Source: an uncultured Acidobacteriota bacterium
GTDB taxonomy: Bacteria > Acidobacteriota > Thermoanaerobaculia > Multivoradales > UBA5704
Length of the DNA stretch: 64,000 bases
Direction of reading: 5' to 3'
NCBI GenBank assembly: GCA_963761805.1
Contig: CAVXIV010000003.1
Location: 89,627-153,626 of the forward strand
Position 1 is the first letter of the stretch, and each line of letters opens with the position of its first letter. The notes beneath the pieces are model-generated. The model did no database searches. It had not been told where the DNA came from and worked only from the letters and a program-made list of their open reading frames with translations. Of the stretch, positions 59,151-64,000 are shown in pieces. Both the position numbers and the translations under genes were made by a program.

Positions 59151-61810
59151 GAGCGCGCCGCCAGCCAGGCCTCGATCCCGGCGAGGTCGCGCTTGCGGTG
59201 GGGCGCGTGGCGGAGCAGCCACTCGCGGGCCTCGCGGGCGAGCTCCAGGGCCTCGGCGCGGTCGCCGCCCGATTTCCAGAGGGTCTGGGCGAGCTGGAAG
59301 CGGGTGTCGGCGCTCTCCACCGTCTCCGTGCCCGCGGCCTGGAAGGCCGCCAGGGAGCGCCGGAGCGCCGCCGCTCCCTCGCCCGGACGGCCCTGGGCCA
59401 GCAGGATGCGCCCGTAGCCGGCCTCGGCCTCGGCCGTCCAGGGATGGTTCGGCCCCACGGACTTCGCCAGCAGCTCCCGGGCCGGCTGGTTGTGGTCCAG
59501 CGCCCATTGATACCGCCCCAGCCGGTACATGGCGTCCGCCACGATGAGGTACGACACGCCCAGGTCCGCCGGCGCGGTCTCGGGGTTCTGGCGATCGATG
59601 ATCAGACCGCGGCGGGCATGGGCCAGGGCCTCCTCGTTGCGGTCGAGAACCATCAGCAGCGACGCGAGGTTGCCGTGGGTGACCGCCACGCGGGGGTGGT
59701 CCGGTCCCAGGGCCCGCACCTCGATGGTGAGCGCGTCGGACTGGACCCGCAGAGCCTCCTCGTAGCGGCCCAGCCCTTCCAGGGCGAGCGCGAGGTTGCC
59801 GAGGCGGATCGCCACCGTCGGATGGTTGGGACCCAGCAGCCGGCGGGTCTGCTCCAGGGCGCGCTGGAAGGTGGCCAGGGCCTCGGCGTGGCGGCCGGCC
59901 TGGTAGTAGGCGGCGCCGATGCGGTTCAGGGTGCGGGAGACGTTGGGATGCTCCGGTCCCAGGGTCTTCCGGTAGATGGCGAGCGCCTGCCGCAGCAGGG
60001 CGAGGCCGCGCTCGTGCTCTCCCTGGAGATCGAGGACGGCGCCCAGGTGGCCCTTCAGGTCGGCGTCCATCTCCGGGTTCCCGGCCGGGCCGCCCAGGCG
60101 GGCCAGGCTCGCCTCGGCCAGGCGCGCCCAGCGGCGGGCCTCGTCGAACCGCTTGCGCTGGAAGCCCGAGATCCACACCAGGTCGGTCCAGATGCGGGCG
60201 GCGAGCGCGTCGTGGCGCCCGCGCTGGGCCGCGGCCAGCGCCTGGAACAGGGTCGCCTCGGCGGTCTCGGACTCCCCCAGGGCGTCCTCGGCCAGCGCCC
60301 GCGCGCGCAGCAGCTCCGCCTCCAGCGGCGGCCAGGCGGGCCGGGCGGCGATCCCGGCCGCGGCGGCGGCCCGGCTCGCCTCGTAGCGCCCCAGCGCCCG
60401 CAGCGAGGAGGCTTCCGCCAGCCGCCGGTTGAGCTGGTCGAGGGCGCGCCGGGCCGACTCGCCCTTGGGCGGCCGCACCGGCGCGGTCAGGGCGGCCGGG
60501 TCCGCGCACTCGTCCAGGCTGGGCAGCGCCAGGCTGGCCTGCGTCGCGCGCTCGACCACGGCGGGATCGCCGGTCGCGAAGAGCCGGGTCAGGGCCCGCA
60601 CCTCGCGCAGCCGCCGGTCCAGGCAGGCCATGCGCAGGTCGAGCAGCTCCGCCGACTGCTCGCCGCGCCGGTGGGTGGCCTCGCAGGCCTCCGTGCGCAT
60701 GGCGGTCCAGGCGCCGGTGTAGGCGTCCAGGGAGCGCTCCACGCTGCGCCAGGCGTCTTCGGCGTAAGGGCGGGTCGAAGCCTGGAAGGCGTTGTGGACC
60801 GCCTCCTTGCGGCGGGCATCCCAGACCCCGGCCAGCTTCCTGCCGGCGTCCAGGCACAGGCGGATCTCGCTCCGCTGGGCCGTGTAAAGGGCCGCCCCGC
60901 TCGCGGTCAGGACCAGGAGCACGGCCGCCGCCGCGGCGCGCCGCCGGATCTGGGCGGCGCGGTCCCGCCCGAGCTCGGCCAGCAGCGCGTCCATCGAGGG
61001 ATAGCGCGCTTCCGGGGCGGCGCTCAGGCCGCGGATGAGGATGCGCCGCACCCAGGAGGGGACGCGCGAGCGGGGGACCTCGCGCACCCGGGCCGCCAGC
61101 ACCTCGCGGAGCACGTCCGTCAAGGTGTCCCCCCCGAAGGGACGGATCCCGTAGAGGGACTCGAACAGCGCCACGCAGAAGGAGAACTGGTCCGCCCGGT
61201 GGTCGAAGGCGCGGCCCCGGGCCACCTCCGGGGCCATGTAGCGCGGCGTGCCCATCACCACCTCCGGCCGTTCCGCCACGGCCTCGTCGGCCGGGCGGGC
61301 GACGCCGAAGTCCACCACCCGCACGCGTCCGTCGTCGCCCAGCAGGACGTTGGACGGCTTGAAGTCGCGGTGGACGAGCCCCGCGGCGTGGGCCGCCGCG
61401 AGCCCCTGGCCCGCGGCCCGGTACACCGTGAGGATCTGGCGCCAGGTGGGTGTTTCGCGGGTCAGCCATTCGTCCAGCGACTCGCCCTGGACCATCTCCA
61501 TGGCCATGAACACGCGGTCCCCCACGGCCCCGGCGTCGTAGACGTGGATGACGTTGGGGTGGGAGAGGCGGGCCAGGGCCTGGGCCTCGCGCAGCAGCCG
61601 GGCCTGGCCGCGGTCCTCCCGCTCCCGGCCGGGGTGCAGGAGCTTCAGGGCCACCTTGCGGTCCAGCTCCGGGTCGTAGGCCGCGTAGACGACGCCCATG
61701 CCGCCACGGCCGAGCTCGTGGAGGATGAAGTAGCGCCCGAGCACCTCGCCCCGGCGCGGCGACGGCCTGGGGTGCGGCGACAGCGGAAGGGTTGGATCGT
61801 CCGCCTGCAT
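59147..61810 (-). CDS. Ser/Thr protein kinase with a TM segment and a long TPR repeat region
   Basis: 887-aa ORF with kinase motifs (GRGGMGVVYAA, HRDFKPSNVL, DFGVA), a hydrophobic segment AAAAAVLLVLTASGAALY, and many TPR-like helical pairs. Confidence 0.85.
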   Translation of the reverse strand: MQADDPTLPLSPHPRPSPRRGEVLGRYFILHELGRGGMGVVYAAYDPELDRKVALKLLHPGREREDRGQARLLREAQALARLSHPNVIHVYDAGAVGDRVFMAMEMVQGESLDEWLTRETPTWRQILTVYRAAGQGLAAAHAAGLVHRDFKPSNVLLGDDGRVRVVDFGVARPADEAVAERPEVVMGTPRYMAPEVARGRAFDHRADQFSFCVALFESLYGIRPFGGDTLTDVLREVLAARVREVPRSRVPSWVRRILIRGLSAAPEARYPSMDALLAELGRDRAAQIRRRAAAAAVLLVLTASGAALYTAQRSEIRLCLDAGRKLAGVWDARRKEAVHNAFQASTRPYAEDAWRSVERSLDAYTGAWTAMRTEACEATHRRGEQSAELLDLRMACLDRRLREVRALTRLFATGDPAVVERATQASLALPSLDECADPAALTAPVRPPKGESARRALDQLNRRLAEASSLRALGRYEASRAAAAAGIAARPAWPPLEAELLRARALAEDALGESETAEATLFQALAAAQRGRHDALAARIWTDLVWISGFQRKRFDEARRWARLAEASLARLGGPAGNPEMDADLKGHLGAVLDLQGEHERGLALLRQALAIYRKTLGPEHPNVSRTLNRIGAAYYQAGRHAEALATFQRALEQTRRLLGPNHPTVAIRLGNLALALEGLGRYEEALRVQSDALTIEVRALGPDHPRVAVTHGNLASLLMVLDRNEEALAHARRGLIIDRQNPETAPADLGVSYLIVADAMYRLGRYQWALDHNQPARELLAKSVGPNHPWTAEAEAGYGRILLAQGRPGEGAAALRRSLAAFQAAGTETVESADTRFQLAQTLWKSGGDRAEALELAREAREWLLRHAPHRKRDLAGIEAWLAARS

Positions 61811-61861
61811 AAGACGAAGGTTGTCCGCGAGAGACCGGCCTATTGTAAAGGAGAAGAGGCG

Positions 61862-61884
61862 GGCGGGACCGCGCAGGTCCCGCC
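61862..61884 (-). terminator. stem-loop after the S8 peptidase gene
   Basis: ggcgggacc-gcgca-ggtcccgcc is a 9-bp GC stem. On the minus strand it is followed by a pyrimidine-rich tract (cgcctcttctcctttacaat). Confidence 0.5.
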
Positions 61885-61907
61885 CGGGTGTTTCGGTGTG
61901 TTCCTGC

Positions 61908-64000
61908 CTAGCGGCAGGTCTTGGCGCCCGGCTTGCCCTTGCAGGAGAGGCCGGGGCAGCACTGGCTGTTCTGCGTGCAGGCCCCGCCCTGCGCCGTGCA
62001 GAGGTTGACGCAGGCGCCGGTGTTCAGCGTGCAGTTGGCGTTGCAGGTGAGGGTGCCGGAGTTGAAGCCGAAGGTCTGGCAGGTCTGGCCGCCCAGGTTG
62101 GAGCCGTCGCAGCCTTCGCCGGCTTCGAGGATGCCGTTGCCGCACACGGCCGGCTGGCTGGTGCCGCCGGTCGCCACCAGGGCGAACACCGCGTCGGCGG
62201 CGGCGGTATCCGGGTGGGCGTCCTGGTTGATCTCGGCCGCCCGCACCTCGACGGTCCAGGAGCCCGCGGCGGGGTTCTGGACGAACACGTTCTCGACCGT
62301 GTCCACCGTGTTGGCGCTGCCGCCCGCGGTGGACCAGTTGCCGGCGTTCAAGCCGTTGTTGCCCCAGTAGACCGTGCCCGCGGGGGAGGTCACCCGCAGG
62401 TTCAGGTCGTTGATCCGGTGCAGGGACGCGGAGGTCGTGCCCGGCGGGTCCGGATAGACCATGGTGACCTTGAGGTCCGCCGCTCCGGCGGGGACCACGA
62501 CCGTGTAGGTCGCCGCCTGGTTGAGCTGCAGCGGCGTGGACTCGTCCACCACCAGGCTGGCGGCGGCGCGCTCGCGGGCCAGCCGGGCGCTGGGACGGCC
62601 CCAGCCCTGGTGGGTGCGGGTCAGGTCGCTGGTCGTTCCCGTGAACGGGTACTGGACGGCGTTGTTGATCAGCAGCGCCTTGATGGTCGAGGCGTGCGGC
62701 TGGCGCTCGAACACGGTCGAGCCCTGCGGGTTGGTCCCCCAGACGTTCTCCGACCACATCTGGACCATCAGGCCGAGCACGCCGGCCACCTCGGGCGTCG
62801 CGGCCGAGGTGCCGCCGAAGCCGGTGGTGTAGGCGTTGCCGGAGTTGGTGGTGAAGATGCTGTCGTACCAGTAGTGTACGTCCGGCTTGAGGCGGCCGTC
62901 CGCCGCCGGGCCGATGGAGGCGCCGCTGTTCCAGCGGTCGTCGGTGGTGGACGCGGTGTTGAAGTGATAGACGCCGCCGACGCTGATGACGTTCTTCGCC
63001 CAGGCCTGCGGCCGGCTGCTCTGGGTGCCGGCGTTGGACTGCGACTGGGCGATGGCGATGTCCAGCCGCCAGATGATGTCGTCCATCTCGCTGGAGATGC
63101 TGCCGTAGGCCGTGGTCAGGGCGTTGCCCCAGGAGTTGCTCTGGAAGGAGGCGAAGTAGGGCGAGCCCTTCAACCGCTGGGTGTGCGCGAAGCGGTCGGT
63201 GAGGAAGTCGTAGTCGGCGGAGATGCCCTGGGCGCCGCAGACGAGCTGGCCGAGGCCCTGGGCGTTGCCGTCGCCGTCCCGGTTGCCGTTGCCGAAGACG
63301 ATGCCGTAGGTGCTGGTGCCGTGGCTCGCCGACGTGTTGGAGCCGTGCAGGATGACGCCGTCGAAGTCCTGGTGGGTGCTCTCGAACCCGCCGTCGAGGA
63401 CCTCGCCGCGCACGCCCTGGCCGCAGGTGCCGAAGTTGGTCTCGAGGAAGTTGGCGCCGGTGTCGCCGCGCACCAGGTCCATGTCGTTCTCGGGGACGCT
63501 CCAGCGGTCGACCCACAGCACGTCGTCATGGGCGGCGAGGCGGCGGAGCTGGCCGCGGTTGACCACCAGCTCGATGACGTGGCCGCTGGGCGTGTTGGCG
63601 GCGACGCCGGCGCCGTCCGCCTGGGCGGCCTGGCGGATGCGCTCCTTGCCTTCGGTGCCCCACTCGAAGGCCATGACCCGCACGCGGAATTCCGCCGGTC
63701 CGCCCTCGGCCTGGACCCAGTCCCGCAGCTCCGGCTCCAGCCGGTGCGCCGGGTGGTAGGGCTCGACGCGCTCGACGAAGTCGAGGCCCGCCACGGTATG
63801 CGCCAGCCCGGGGCTCATGCGGACGATGTGGGCGTTGAACGGGAAGTAGTTGAGGACCTCGACGCCGAGGTCCTGAAGGGCGGCGCGCCACTCGGGGAGG
63901 CTGAGGGTGCGGAACTGCACCAGGAACAGCCGTCCTTCGGCGGACTGGGCGAGGCCCGGGGGAACGGCCGGGGCCTGGGAGCCGGGCTCGACGGCGCCGG
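61908..64000 (-). CDS. S8 (subtilisin-like) serine peptidase with a C-terminal Cys-rich repeat and a knottin-like tail, 5' end beyond the window
   Basis: Catalytic context motifs are HGTSTYG and GFGGTSAATPEVAG. The frame stays open upstream to position 64000. The C-terminus is CGNGILEAGEGCDGSNLGGQTCQTFGFNSGTLTCNANCTLNTGAC followed by CTAQGGACTQNSQCCPGLSCKGKPGAKTC. Confidence 0.85.
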   Translation of the reverse strand, partial: GAVEPGSQAPAVPPGLAQSAEGRLFLVQFRTLSLPEWRAALQDLGVEVLNYFPFNAHIVRMSPGLAHTVAGLDFVERVEPYHPAHRLEPELRDWVQAEGGPAEFRVRVMAFEWGTEGKERIRQAAQADGAGVAANTPSGHVIELVVNRGQLRRLAAHDDVLWVDRWSVPENDMDLVRGDTGANFLETNFGTCGQGVRGEVLDGGFESTHQDFDGVILHGSNTSASHGTSTYGIVFGNGNRDGDGNAQGLGQLVCGAQGISADYDFLTDRFAHTQRLKGSPYFASFQSNSWGNALTTAYGSISSEMDDIIWRLDIAIAQSQSNAGTQSSRPQAWAKNVISVGGVYHFNTASTTDDRWNSGASIGPAADGRLKPDVHYWYDSIFTTNSGNAYTTGFGGTSAATPEVAGVLGLMVQMWSENVWGTNPQGSTVFERQPHASTIKALLINNAVQYPFTGTTSDLTRTHQGWGRPSARLARERAAASLVVDESTPLQLNQAATYTVVVPAGAADLKVTMVYPDPPGTTSASLHRINDLNLRVTSPAGTVYWGNNGLNAGNWSTAGGSANTVDTVENVFVQNPAAGSWTVEVRAAEINQDAHPDTAAADAVFALVATGGTSQPAVCGNGILEAGEGCDGSNLGGQTCQTFGFNSGTLTCNANCTLNTGACVNLCTAQGGACTQNSQCCPGLSCKGKPGAKTCR

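Overview
High-GC (about 70% by eye) bacterial chromosomal segment. It is rich in Ser/Thr kinases, PD40/TolB propellers, ECF sigma/anti-sigma pairs, GC-rich REP-like elements and a Myxococcus-type Cys-rich repeat, which fits a Myxococcota- or Acidobacteriota-like lineage, but the taxon cannot be fixed from this window. Main blocks, left to right: (1) aidB-like acyl-CoA dehydrogenase and a zinc-ribbon membrane protein. (2) A lower-GC island of about 6 kb, bracketed by MITE-like repeat copies, that carries one 1574-aa TIR-NACHT-pentapeptide-14xWD40 NLR-like gene. An orphan Type I hsdM-hsdS pair with no hsdR lies next to it, so this looks like a small defence island. (3) GNAT, ECF sigma/anti-sigma and a DUF1206 protein. 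(4) A minus-strand cluster: ECF sigma, anti-sigma, two tandem unlisted 39/42-aa peptide genes sharing the tail CCTSPPSTDPPPPKG, then a TPR-CHAT protease, an alpha/beta hydrolase and an S9 peptidase. (5) A lipid cluster: flavoprotein, ACP-FAAL-acyltransferase fusion, acyl-CoA synthetase and WS/DGAT. (6) A lanthipeptide-like island, the best candidate for an undescribed system. A Cys/Thr-rich precursor-like gene is followed by a HopA1-like lyase ORF and a kinase-LanC ORF with a ProcM-like CCG zinc motif. The two ORFs are separated only by one in-frame TGA. The island is bracketed by duplicated tandem-kinase/TolB receptor genes, one copy degraded, and a second divergent precursor paralog follows. 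(7) Cytochrome c, a DASS transporter and a c-di-GMP/two-component block (REC-HD-GYP, PilZ-PilZ-methyltransferase fusion, hybrid HK-REC-HK). (8) Paralogous secreted proteins, an STK-TPR protein and an S8 protease. About 25 apparent frameshifts are concentrated in a subset of genes. No rRNA, tRNA or CRISPR array was found. All domain calls come from motif recognition by eye, with no searches run.
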